Assembly: GCF_001677475.2 (NCBI RefSeq)
Contig: NZ_CP015229.1
Strand: one strand, 5' to 3'
Source of the DNA: Escherichia coli
Lineage (GTDB): Bacteria; Pseudomonadota; Gammaproteobacteria; Enterobacterales; Enterobacteriaceae
DNA length: 64,000 nt
Below the pieces are notes generated by a model that was given only the letters and a program-made list of their open reading frames with translations, ran no database searches and was not told the DNA's origin. Numbering within the stretch: the first letter of the stretch is position 1; each line of letters opens with the position of its first letter. A program made the position numbers and the translations under genes. Below, piece by piece: positions 19,199 through 29,200 of this stretch.

Positions 19199-20310
19199 GA
19201 ACGTCATTAGTCACCCGTGAAGAGATGATCGAGGCAATTGAACAGCACACTGCTTGTATCAGTACCAGGGATATACCAGGCGTTATAGCCAACTACTTCA
19301 TGATCACCAAACAACTTTACCGGAGAAAGGACAAGAACGCGGTTCACCGCATCCTGCTGTCTGATATCCGCGAATACCTGCTCGAACAGGGGCATCTGAA
19401 TTACGCAACCGTCGCAGCCGAAACACGCAAGGAGGCACACAGAATGAAAGCAACTAACGTTAAATCAGAAAAAGTTCATGCACCTTCAGTTCAGGAGTCA
19501 GAGCTGGTGGTTGTTCAGAATCAGTCTGATGAAATTCCCGTTCTGGAATGGCTGGGAGTGCGTGTAGTGACAACCAAGATCCTTGCTAAGGGGTATGGGA
19601 CCGATGCGGATAACATCAAGAAGAACTTTTCCCGTAATGCTGAACGTTTTTGTGAAGGCAAGCATTTCTATAAAGTTATTGGAGATGATTTGAACAATTT
19701 GCGGGTGACTTTAAGTAACTCACAAAATCCCATCTCTCCTAAAGCCCGCTCACTCATCCTCTGGACGGAACGAGGAGCTGCCCGTCACGCAAAAATGCTC
19801 GAAACAGATCAGGCATGGGCATTCTTTGAAAAACTGGAAGACAGCTACTTCCGACAAAAAGAACAGCAACCGATCGCAATCCCCCAGACGCTTCCAGAAG
19901 CTCTGCGCCTGGCTGCCGAGCTGGCTGAACAAAAGCAACTTCTGGAACAGAAAACCCACCAGCTAAATCAGCAGCTGGTGGCCGCAGCCCCTAAAGTCGA
20001 TTTTGCCGACCGGGTATCAGTGGCTAAGGGGATCCTGATTGGGAATTTTGCAAAGGTTGTTGGACTTAAGCAAAATGCGCTGTTTGCCTGGTTACGGGAG
20101 AACGGCATCCTGATTGCGTCCGGCGGACGTAAAAATGTACCGTTTCAGCAGTACATAAACGCCGGATATTTCACAGTGAGAGAAGTGGTGCTGGATGATG
20201 AAGATGGCTATCAGATACGGCTGACGCCTCAATTAACGGGGAAAGGCCAACAGTGGTTGACGCGTAAACTGCTCGATGCTGGCTTGTTAAAACCGGTGGC
20301 GGCTGAATAA
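19195..20310 (+). CDS. ant: antirepressor (Bro-N/ORF6N-like N-terminus, KilAC/ANT C-terminal domain)
   Basis: 371 aa from ATG 19195 (track ORF starts at 19159); C-terminal KNALFAWLRENGIL...QQYINAGYF is a typical ANT-domain signature. Confidence 0.75.
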   Translation: MRTSLVTREEMIEAIEQHTACISTRDIPGVIANYFMITKQLYRRKDKNAVHRILLSDIREYLLEQGHLNYATVAAETRKEAHRMKATNVKSEKVHAPSVQESELVVVQNQSDEIPVLEWLGVRVVTTKILAKGYGTDADNIKKNFSRNAERFCEGKHFYKVIGDDLNNLRVTLSNSQNPISPKARSLILWTERGAARHAKMLETDQAWAFFEKLEDSYFRQKEQQPIAIPQTLPEALRLAAELAEQKQLLEQKTHQLNQQLVAAAPKVDFADRVSVAKGILIGNFAKVVGLKQNALFAWLRENGILIASGGRKNVPFQQYINAGYFTVREVVLDDEDGYQIRLTPQLTGKGQQWLTRKLLDAGLLKPVAAE

Positions 20311-20342
20311 TGGAAGAATGCCCGGTTGATGCCGGGCATAAT

Positions 20343-21194
20343 TTATTGCGCGCTTTCGGGGTTGTCGTTTACTGGCTGCCCCTTCTTAGTTTTACGGCTG
20401 CGCGTAACTGATGCGGCTGACTTAACCTTTTTCTCTTCGCGAGTGATGGCAATTTGTTTTTTTACATTTTCAATATCTGCCAGGCGATATATTTTTGCTT
20501 GCGGCCAGCGGTCGCAGATGATCGGTTCTATGGAGTCATAAAGGCTAAATTTTGCTTTTTCGAATTCACCGTTGATGATAATTCCATCACGGAGAGTTTC
20601 ATCGCAGATAAACACGCCACACAGTGGCACATGGTAACTAACTGATTTACCATCATTGTAGTTAGGGCTACTGGAAATGTAGTGGACGCGCAGCATTGTT
20701 TCGCTAAAGCCGTGTACGCGCATACGGAATTTTTCATCCTCTGGGTACTGCTTCATTAGCTCTTTTGTTGCTTCCAGGTTCTCTATGTATTTCGCACTGT
20801 GCTCATTGATCCCCGCGCTTTTTTGGATGCGAATGTCCTTATCAATCAGATGAATAATGCGGCCAGCGGTCATGTTGACGCTGTTCACAGCTTCTGTCTG
20901 ATAAGTCGTAACCTTACGTACACCGCGAAGGATGTTAGGCACAGGATATAAAATAGTCTTTGGGATATTGAGGTCTGGGTACTGTTCCAGTTCCCGCGCC
21001 ATTAAAGTCCATTTATCAATTTCAGCCTGAATGCTGTCTGTTTCTTTGAACGGTAGAACGACAACCGGGCGTACAGGACGACCGTCGCTGGCGGCATCAA
21101 CGTGTTGGGCGCGTGCAACAGCTTTTTTTAGAAAGAGATCCCTGAAGCTGACGAACTCCTGGTACAGTTGTTCGCCGTAGACATAATTTATCAT
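20343..21194 (-). CDS. c1: C1 repressor of lysogeny
   Basis: 283 aa MINYVYGEQLYQEFVSFRDLFLKK...; length and sequence match P1 C1 as recalled. Confidence 0.95.
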   Translation of the reverse strand: MINYVYGEQLYQEFVSFRDLFLKKAVARAQHVDAASDGRPVRPVVVLPFKETDSIQAEIDKWTLMARELEQYPDLNIPKTILYPVPNILRGVRKVTTYQTEAVNSVNMTAGRIIHLIDKDIRIQKSAGINEHSAKYIENLEATKELMKQYPEDEKFRMRVHGFSETMLRVHYISSSPNYNDGKSVSYHVPLCGVFICDETLRDGIIINGEFEKAKFSLYDSIEPIICDRWPQAKIYRLADIENVKKQIAITREEKKVKSAASVTRSRKTKKGQPVNDNPESAQ

Positions 21195-21288
21195 TGATCC
21201 TCCTCCAGAATTGACATGGTCAATAACGCCCGGCTGAGAAAACCGGTCATTACTGACCTATATTATAGAGGGATCAAACAAAAATAAT

Positions 21289-21305
21289 AGATTTATTAGT
21301 GCATT
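21289..21305 (-). promoter_or_regulatory. candidate C1 operator between coi and c1 (weak, 14/17)
   Basis: reverse complement AATGCACTAATAAATCT. Confidence 0.3.
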
Positions 21306-21514
21306 TATTGTGAGTCTAACTGGTTAGTTGCCATGAGATATTCGATTGTGTCAGTGAGGTCATCCAGGTCGTCTTGGGTGATGCGGTACTCCTGATTGGA
21401 TATCTTTGAGTAGTGTTCAGCAATGGCGCGAGCAGCGTCGGTTTCGGCGGGGTCTACAGATAAAGCGTTAGAGCAATGTCTAACATCGTCGATGGTTGGT
21501 GGAATGAAAGCCAT
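21305..21514 (-). CDS. coi: Coi (C1 inactivator)
   Basis: 69 aa, directly upstream of c1 on the same strand as in P1 immC. Confidence 0.85.
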   Translation of the reverse strand: MAFIPPTIDDVRHCSNALSVDPAETDAARAIAEHYSKISNQEYRITQDDLDDLTDTIEYLMATNQLDSQ

Positions 21515-21752
21515 AATTATGCCTCACTGTATTGACAACACAGAGCCTGAAGCTCTGACCTACTGTTTCACCCATGTTCCATGCTGGGGTTATCTATCAA
21601 CATTGCGCTGTGTGTAAGATGAGCAATGCATAGCTGTAATGCCGTTGTATAAGGTTTCCCTGTTTGCTCATTTCCTTCTGAGCCGCTCTACAACGCTGAA
21701 GACACATTAAATAGTGAATCCAAAGTCGTATTACGAAACGGTGGCAAAACTA

Positions 21753-21769
21753 TAATTTATTAGAGCAAT
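21753..21769 (-). promoter_or_regulatory. C1-repressor operator (Op99-type)
   Basis: reverse complement ATTGCTCTAATAAATTA, 16/17, upstream of coi-c1. Confidence 0.75.
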
Positions 21770-21835
21770 TGTCAAACAACTATGAAAAACAATCCAGTTT
21801 TTGGCTGGTGGAGTGGGATTTATCTCTCAAAATAT

Positions 21836-21852
21836 ATTGCTCTAATAATTCT
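21836..21852 (+). promoter_or_regulatory. C1-repressor operator
   Basis: ATTGCTCTAATAATTCT, 15/17, divergent from the 21753-21769 site. Confidence 0.7.
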
Positions 21853-21895
21853 TGTTTTTTATGCGCAGCTGGACGTAAACTCCTCTTCAGACCTA

Positions 21896-21929
21896 ATAAC
21901 TTCGTATAGCATACATTATACGAAGTTAT
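21896..21929. other. loxP recombination site
   Basis: exact ATAACTTCGTATA-GCATACAT-TATACGAAGTTAT (13-bp inverted repeats around an 8-bp spacer). Confidence 0.97.
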
Positions 21930-21948
21930 CTTAAGGGTTATTGAACAT

Positions 21949-22021
21949 GATCAATTTACCTGTAAATCCATACAGTTCAATACCTTATCAGGTCAAATAG
22001 TGATCACTTGATCATTTGATC
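21949..22021. promoter_or_regulatory. GATC (Dam site) cluster between loxP and the cre-proximal genes
   Basis: four GATC within about 70 bp, three of them in TGATCACTTGATCATTTGATCA; P1 cre promoters are known to be Dam-sensitive. Confidence 0.4.
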
Positions 22022-22118
22022 AAGGTTGCGCTACGTAAAATCTGCGAAATGTTGGCAGTGTTAGTGCTCCAGATTTCGCGTAGCGCACTTAGCACCACCA
22101 ATCAATCAGAGGTGAAAA

Positions 22119-22340
22119 ATGGGATATTCAGCTGCTAAAGTGTCCACTCATCTTGAGCTTGAGAAAAACCGTGGTTACTGGCGGGCAAAAGGGTTTGAGC
22201 GTGATAGTTACCAACTGTCATTATCTCGCGGTGAAGAGAAAATAGAACGCACGCGCGGTCGCTGGCGTTTCTATGACGAGAACCATAAACAGGTAAAGGC
22301 AGATCCAATCCTGTACACTCTGCTGAAAACAATAATTTAA
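22119..22340 (+). CDS. small hypothetical protein (73 aa) between loxP and cre
   Basis: GAGGTG ribosome-binding site before the ATG; preceded by a long stem-loop (about 22026-22085). Confidence 0.5.
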   Translation: MGYSAAKVSTHLELEKNRGYWRAKGFERDSYQLSLSRGEEKIERTRGRWRFYDENHKQVKADPILYTLLKTII

Positions 22341-22359
22341 CTTGATCATGAGGTGATGC

Positions 22360-22755
22360 ATGTTTAATAGCCTGACGGATGCCAAGGTAAACGCCTTACT
22401 TAAGGACGCAAAACAAAAAGCTGCTAACCCTGGAACGAGTGAAAATGAACGTGCTATGGCCGTTGCAATTTGGGAGTTAGCAGAAGAAGTAAAGCGAAAC
22501 CGCATGCAGTACACTCGGGTTTACCAGCAATTTGATGGTGCAAGCTGGAAAGATATCGAAGAGGCTGAATATTCAGCATGCAAAGAAGAAAAAAAGACTG
22601 TTCGGATTTTGCATGAAGCAGCAACTCCAATCACTGTAGAAATCCCCGATCACAGATATTTCGAGAACGATGATCTACCTGGGGATGTGATTCGAATTAT
22701 TGATGAGATACTTCATGAACAAGGCTTAACTGTTAAAATTACGCATAATAAATGA
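22360..22755 (+). CDS. hypothetical protein (131 aa), translationally coupled to cre
   Basis: GAGGTG before the ATG; stop overlaps the cre ATG (ATGA). Confidence 0.55.
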   Translation: MFNSLTDAKVNALLKDAKQKAANPGTSENERAMAVAIWELAEEVKRNRMQYTRVYQQFDGASWKDIEEAEYSACKEEKKTVRILHEAATPITVEIPDHRYFENDDLPGDVIRIIDEILHEQGLTVKITHNK

Positions 22756-23783
22756 CTAAATCGTTAACCGTTCACCAAAATTTGCCTGCATTGCCGGTCG
22801 ATGCAACGAGTGATGAGGTTCGCAAGAACCTGATGGATATGTTCAGGGATCGCCAGGCGTTTTCTGAGCATACCTGGAAAATGCTTCTGTCCGTTTGCCG
22901 GTCATGGGCGGCATGGTGCAAGTTGAATAACCGGAAATGGTTTCCCGCAGAACCTGAAGATGTTCGCGATTATCTTCTATATCTTCAGGCGCGCGGTCTG
23001 GCAGTAAAAACTATCCAGCAACATTTGGGCCAGCTAAACATGCTTCATCGTCGGTCCGGGCTGCCGCGACCAAGTGACAGCAATGCTGTTTCACTGGTTA
23101 TGCGGCGGATCCGAAAAGAAAACGTTGATGCCGGTGAACGTGCAAAACAGGCACTAGCGTTCGAACGCACTGATTTCGACCAGGTTCGTTCACTCATGGA
23201 AAATAGCGATCGCTGCCAGGATATACGTAATCTGGCATTTCTGGGGATTGCTTATAACACCCTGTTACGTATAGCCGAAATTGCCAGGATCAGGGTTAAA
23301 GATATCTCACGTACTGACGGTGGGAGAATGTTAATCCATATTGGCAGAACGAAAACGCTGGTTAGCACCGCAGGTGTAGAGAAGGCACTTAGCCTGGGGG
23401 TAACTAAACTGGTCGAGCGATGGATTTCTGTCTCTGGTGTGGCTGATGATCCGAATAACTACTTGTTTTGCCGGGTCAGAAAAAATGGTGTTGCCTCGCC
23501 ATCACCCACCAGCCAGCTATCAACTCGCGCCCTGGAAGGGATTTTTGAAGCAACTCACCGATTGATTTACGGGGCTAAGGATGACTCTGGCCAGAGGTAC
23601 CTGGCCTGGTCTGGACACAGTGCCCGTGTCGGAGCCGCGCGAGATATGGCCCGTGCCGGAGTTTCAATACCGGAGATCATGCAAGCTGGTGGCTGGACCA
23701 ACGTAAATATTGTCATGAACTATATCCGTAACCTGGATAGTGAAACAGGGGCAATGGTGCGCCTGCTGGAAGATGGCGATTAG
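22752..23783 (+). CDS. cre: Cre tyrosine recombinase
   Basis: 343 aa, near-identical to P1 Cre (...TVHQNLPALPVDATSDEVRKNLMDMFRDRQAFSEHTWKMLLSVCRSWAAWCKLNNRKWFPAEPEDVRDYLLYLQARGLAVKTIQQH...); differs at the N-terminus (MTKSL vs MSNLL) and around ASPSPT. Confidence 0.97.
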   Translation: MTKSLTVHQNLPALPVDATSDEVRKNLMDMFRDRQAFSEHTWKMLLSVCRSWAAWCKLNNRKWFPAEPEDVRDYLLYLQARGLAVKTIQQHLGQLNMLHRRSGLPRPSDSNAVSLVMRRIRKENVDAGERAKQALAFERTDFDQVRSLMENSDRCQDIRNLAFLGIAYNTLLRIAEIARIRVKDISRTDGGRMLIHIGRTKTLVSTAGVEKALSLGVTKLVERWISVSGVADDPNNYLFCRVRKNGVASPSPTSQLSTRALEGIFEATHRLIYGAKDDSGQRYLAWSGHSARVGAARDMARAGVSIPEIMQAGGWTNVNIVMNYIRNLDSETGAMVRLLEDGD

Positions 23784-23800
23784 CCATTAATGCGTAAATG

Positions 23801-23817
23801 ATTGCTCTAATTCTTTG
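23801..23817 (+). promoter_or_regulatory. C1-repressor operator
   Basis: ATTGCTCTAATTCTTTG, 13/17 with intact core. Confidence 0.55.
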
Positions 23818-23833
23818 ATATTTATGGTGACAT

Positions 23834-24145
23834 ATGAGAAAGGATTTCAACATCGACGGAAAATATGTAGTGCTGTCTGTAAGCACTAATATTCAGTCGC
23901 CAGCCGTCATTGTCACTGTAAAGCTGAGCGATAGAATGCCTGATATTGACTCAATATCCGTTGCGTTTCCTGTCAAAAGTATGCGTAGTGCTGAACATTT
24001 CGTGATGAATGCCACCGAGGAAGAAGCACGGCGCGGTTTTGCTAAAGTGATGTCTGAGTTTGGCGAACTCTTGGGTAAGGTTAACAATGTCCTTTCAATC
24101 AGTTCAGCAAGGTCCAAAGCGTTAACAGCTTCCATGATGAAATAA
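23834..24145 (+). CDS. hypothetical protein (at the P1 cra position)
   Basis: 103-aa track ORF directly downstream of cre. Confidence 0.6.
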   Translation: MRKDFNIDGKYVVLSVSTNIQSPAVIVTVKLSDRMPDIDSISVAFPVKSMRSAEHFVMNATEEEARRGFAKVMSEFGELLGKVNNVLSISSARSKALTASMMK

Positions 24146-24277
24146 AAAAAAGCTTGGCAAGGAGCCAGGCTGCACAAAAGAGCGGGTTTGTATTCCGCAT
24201 CCAATCAATCAAGAAGGAGTATAGCACACTGGTACTGAAGTGAAAAAATGTGATTCGCGATAAACAAAATATCTATC

Positions 24278-24307
24278 ATTGCTCTAATTGATTGCTATAA
24301 TTGAGCC
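24278..24307 (+). promoter_or_regulatory. C1-repressor operator upstream of ref, with an overlapping degenerate second copy
   Basis: ATTGCTCTAATTGATTG (14/17) overlapping ATTGCTATAATTGAGCC; ref is C1-controlled in P1. Confidence 0.6.
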
Positions 24308-24360
24308 GCGGTTTTTGTCAACTACGAAGACGAGCCATTACTTAACTCCTTGACATCATA

Positions 24361-24386
24361 GGCGGCCATTAGGCCGCCTTTTTTTT
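24361..24386 (+). terminator. rho-independent terminator-like hairpin
   Basis: GGCGGCC-ATTA-GGCCGCC followed by a T8 run, 6 nt before the ref ATG; TTGACA at about 24350. Confidence 0.65.
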
Positions 24387-24392
24387 GACCAT

Positions 24393-24953
24393 ATGAAAAC
24401 AATCGAACAAAAAATTGAACAGTGCCGCAAGTGGCAGAAGGCAGCCAGAGAACGAGCGATCGCTCGGCAACGGGAGAAGTTGGCTGATCCGGTCTGGCGA
24501 GAATCTCAATATCAGAAAATGCGAGATACTATCGACCGCCGTATCGCTAAACAGAAAGAGCGCCCACCAGCCAGCAAAACGCGGAAAAGCGCGGTAAAAA
24601 TAAAATCTCGTGGCTTGAAGGGGAGAACACCAACGGCGGAGGAACGGCGCATCGCCAATGCTCTTGGCGCTCTCCCCTGCATTGCCTGCTATATGCATGG
24701 AGTAATATCTAATGAGGTGTCTCTGCACCATATCGCCGGTCGTACCGCGCCGGGTTGTCATAAAAAGCAATTGCCACTTTGTAGATGGCACCACCAGCAT
24801 GCAGCTCCGGCTGAAGTAAGAGAAAAATACCCCTGGCTGGTCCCTGTTCATGCCGATGGTGTGGTTGGAGGCAAGAAAGAATTCACCTTGCTGAACAAGT
24901 CAGAGATGGAGTTGCTGGCTGACGCCTATGAAATGGCAAACATCATGCACTAA
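24393..24953 (+). CDS. ref: Ref (recombination enhancement function), HNH endonuclease
   Basis: 186 aa; basic N-terminus and Cys/His HNH core (CIACY...HH...CRWHH). Confidence 0.9.
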   Translation: MKTIEQKIEQCRKWQKAARERAIARQREKLADPVWRESQYQKMRDTIDRRIAKQKERPPASKTRKSAVKIKSRGLKGRTPTAEERRIANALGALPCIACYMHGVISNEVSLHHIAGRTAPGCHKKQLPLCRWHHQHAAPAEVREKYPWLVPVHADGVVGGKKEFTLLNKSEMELLADAYEMANIMH

Positions 24954-25141
24954 TAAATATATTATTTTTAATCTTAAATGATTGACAACTGACAAGTGAC
25001 TTGAGTCAGAATCATCACACGCCCGGTACGGATGGATCCCTTTTCAAATATTCCATGGACGGCACAGTCTGAGTACCGGGCGCTACCTTCAGTTGTATTG
25101 CTAAGCCGCCGCTGGTGGCTTTTCTTTTTGTAGGGGGAGCT

Positions 25142-25783
25142 ATGGATAAGAAAATATGCGTTGTTTCGATGAACGTCGGCAAACCGGCGTCAATGACTGC
25201 TGCATGGATCAACAACGAGCTGATAATGGCTGAGCGGACCAGCTACCCTGAACGCCGCCGCGACATGGAACTCCAGCTGCTGCGCGAATTGCGAGAAAAA
25301 GAGGAAAAGGGTTTTATCGTGCTGGTGGAAGAGGAAAACAGCTTTATTACTGGTCGAGTTGGCCAGCGTGTAAGGTTGCGCGATCCCTTCATGAACGGCA
25401 GGCCGGTACTGATTGAAGCAATGCAGATTTACAAGGAGCTGGAACGCCAGAAAGCGATCAAGTTACCACGCAAGGAGTCCGGCAAGTACATTCTCCATCA
25501 AAGCATCTTCGATTCCGAACACGACAAAAAAGGCGATGAATTTTTCAACATCAACTGGAGCGAAATAACCACAGAGCACGTTCTGACGCTACTATGTTGC
25601 TTTGCAACGGAATACAACAACGTGGTGAGCGCGCACTACATTCAGGCAATGGCTGGTAGGATTAATACGCAGCGTGAGCCCTCGCTGATAGAGCCATTCA
25701 TCAATATTATTAATGCTACTCAACGAATGGGAGAAACACGTGTGCCGCAAGGCTTACTCACAGGTAAATATGATTACCTTTAA
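25142..25783 (+). CDS. hypothetical protein (at the P1 mat position)
   Basis: track ORF 25115-25783 trimmed to ATG 25142, preceded by GGGGGAG. Confidence 0.6.
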   Translation: MDKKICVVSMNVGKPASMTAAWINNELIMAERTSYPERRRDMELQLLRELREKEEKGFIVLVEEENSFITGRVGQRVRLRDPFMNGRPVLIEAMQIYKELERQKAIKLPRKESGKYILHQSIFDSEHDKKGDEFFNINWSEITTEHVLTLLCCFATEYNNVVSAHYIQAMAGRINTQREPSLIEPFINIINATQRMGETRVPQGLLTGKYDYL

Positions 25784-26020
25784 TTTCAAACTTATTACAC
25801 CAAGCAGCTAATTACAAATTACTACTTAAGGTAACCAAAAATTATTATTTGCAAAACACATAAAAAACAAAAACAAAACAATAAAAAACACAAATTAACA
25901 TCAACACCAAATGAAGACATTTTACTAACCAAGCCTCAGCATCTATTACCAGTAGATATAAAGGTGATAAATGGAGGAATTAATAGCACGCATATTAAGC
26001 TGGTTGTTTCATAATCAATA

Positions 26021-26138
26021 ATTGAATAATAATTCAATGCGTCTCCATGATTTTTATGTAACGATGCACATTAATCGCATATATTTGTTGAATGATTTTC
26101 ATTTGAAATTTATTTAAAGTGAATAATTGATTTATTCA
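26021..26138. promoter_or_regulatory. two AT-rich palindromes upstream of the autotransporter gene (candidate operator sites)
   Basis: ATTGAATAATAATTCAAT (26021-26038) and TGAATAATTGATTTATTCA (26120-26138) share TGAATAA/TTATTCA arms. Confidence 0.35.
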
Positions 26139-26267
26139 ACCTCCTTATTTATTATTTTTCCGATTTTGTGCAGCGAAATGCATGAATATTTGCGAGAACA
26201 TAATCACACAGTAAACTAAAACATCTGTTATTATAAATCCGGATAATGTATAAACTCGAGGTTATCT

Positions 26268-29200
26268 ATGTCACTTTCTGTTTATAATAATAAAAAAAAT
26301 AGCTCTTCAGGGGGGAACTCTCCTCGCTTGACCCTACTGGCAGCTATAATCGGCGCATTATTTTCAAATGCTTACGCTTCAACAACTGCTATTAAAATTG
26401 ATAATGATGTTCAAGTTAATAAAGATAACCTCGATATTAATACGGGCAGTAATACAGGAAGTAATGGATATGCGATCTCTGTCACAAATTCAGGTGAACT
26501 AACTACCGAAGGTACAGTGACGTTATCTACAGAAGGTGATAAGGCAAACGGAGTTAATATATCCAGTGGGTCTAAAATTAACTCTCAAGGTGGGATTACA
26601 ATAACCACAAAAGGCAAAAACGCCTCTGGCATTTCACTTGATAATAATTCTTCAATGACTATCGCTAACGGTATGTCAATTACAACAAGTGGGATAAACG
26701 CTACAGGGATTAATGTTGACAAATCTTCACTAACTGTTGAACAAGGTGATATTAACACATCTGGTGTAAATGCTAGTGGTGTTTCTATTTTAAATGGAGG
26801 CCAAGCCAGTTTAAATAAAGTTAACATTACCACATCTGGAGATAATGCCAGAGGTATTGTTAGCTCTGGCATAAATAGCAAAATAGTAATTAGCGACTCA
26901 ACCATTACCACTCTGGGGGATAAAAAACCATCACAAGCATGGGGAGCTCGTGGCATATCTGCCGAAAACAACGGTTATGTTTCACTAACAAATACGCAGA
27001 TTAAAACTGATGGAACAGGGGCTTGGGGAGTATCTGCATCGTCAGCTGGCTCAGCTGAATTAGCTGATGTTCATATTTCCACTTCAGGCCAAAATGGCTA
27101 TGGTTTACGTGCAGATGGCAATAACTCTAGTATATCTGTATCTAAAGGACTCCAGGTAACCACTTCTGGCAAACAAGCTCATGCCGTAACTGCCTCTAAT
27201 AATGGGAATATAAATCTTGGAGTAAATGCATCTCTTGAAACATCAGGGACGCAGGCTAATACCATCCATATCACCGGTGGTAATGGTGGTATAATAACGG
27301 GTGATAGTATCTCAATAAAAACAAATGGCACATCAGCCAAAGGTATATATGTTACGGCTTTAAATCCCTCAGACTCAGCACCTGATTCACGCGTAGAGCT
27401 GACGGGAACATCAACAATCGCCACATTAGGTGATCAGTCAATAGGTGTGTGGGGGCATGGTAAAGTAGCTGATATTAGCTTCGAGCAAATAGCTATTAAT
27501 ACAGCCGGTACTGACTCATACGGTATAAATGCACAAAATGAAGCCACTGTTAATGCCCATACAGCCCAGATTATTACTAAGGGGCTAAACTCATATGGAG
27601 CAACAGCAAATTCAGCTGCAAAAATTACACTTGGTTCTGGTTCATCGATTACAACAAGCGGTGATTATGCTCATGGAATATGGGTCAGTGATGACAATAC
27701 AGTTATTAGTGGCAATAATGCATCCATTCATGTATCAGGAAAAGAGGCTGACTCTGTAGTCGCTGCCAATAATGCAAAAGTTGAGCTTACCCAAGAGAAT
27801 GGGGTGATGATTAGCGAAACTAGATATAACTTTAATGCTAATGGTGGTGCTATTTCCGCCACGTTAGATGGCAGCCAAATAAAGAATAACGGCACATTCA
27901 TCTTCTCAACCAGTAATGATGCCGGTGTGGGAGGGAACGTTGATGTTACAGTCAAGAATACTTCCTTTAATGGCGATATTCGCGCTGATAGTAACAGTAT
28001 TGCCAATCTTTCATTAGAAAATTCCAACTGGACTGGAACCGCGTATAATGGTGGCATTGTTAATTTAGCTAAAAACAGCATCTGGAATATGGTTAGCGAT
28101 TCGGATGTTGCTCATCTTAATAATAATGGCTCTATATATTTGGGCAGCGATGCAAAAAACACTTTAACAATTAATGGTGATTATACTGGCGAAAATGGCT
28201 ATATCTACTTTTCAGGCGTTCTTGGTGACGACACATCTCCAATCGATAAGTTGGTTGTAAAAGGAAATACAGAGGGTAAAACCTTTGTTTCCGTAAACAA
28301 CGTTGGTGGTATTGGGGCACAAACACTCAATGGCATCAACATTATCCAGGTTGATGGTCAATCTAACGGTGACTTTGTACAAGTTGGCCGAATTGCGGCT
28401 GGTGCTTATGATTACACTCTTGGGCGGGGGCAAGGCGATAAAAATGGCAACTGGTACCTAACTAGTGGCAAACAACCTGAGGATCCAACTCCGAACCCGG
28501 ACCCGGAGCCAAATCCGACCCCAACACCAGGTGACAATGATCTTCGCCCAGAAGCTGGTAGCTATACGGCAAACATTGCTGCTGCAAATACTATGTTCGT
28601 GACTCGCCTACACGAACGTCAGGGGCAAATGCAGTATACCGATGTGATTACCGGTGAATTGAAAACTACAAGCATGTGGATGCGTCATGAGGGTGGACAC
28701 AATCGCTGGCGCGACGGAAGCAACCAGTTAAAAACACAAAGCAACCGTTATGTTATGCAACTGGGCGGCGATATAGCACAGTGGGGTTGGAATAAAACGG
28801 ATCGCTGGCATCTTGGCTTAATGGCCGGATACGGTAATGACCACAATAATACAGAATCTGTGCGCACAGGATATCGTTCAAAAGGTAGTGTGAATGGTTA
28901 CAGCACTGGGCTGTATGCCACCTGGTATGCCAATGATGAAACACATAACGGGGCTTACCTAGACTCTTGGGCACAGTACAGCTGGTTTGATAACTATGTT
29001 AAAGGTGATGGATTGCAGAGTGAATCCTGGAAATCAAAAGGACTTACTGCATCACTGGAAACTGGTTATACCTGGAAGGCTGGTGAGTTTACGGGCAGCC
29101 AAGGTGGTTTGAATGAGTGGTATGTCCAGCCTCAGGCTCAGGTCATCTGGATGGGTGTTAAAGCGGACGAACATCGCGAAAGCAACGGTACCCGTGTTGA

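Noticed and set aside
24954-25141. ATTGCT core at about 25098 as a further C1 operator
   Set aside because: Only the first six positions match; the rest is GC-rich and unrelated.
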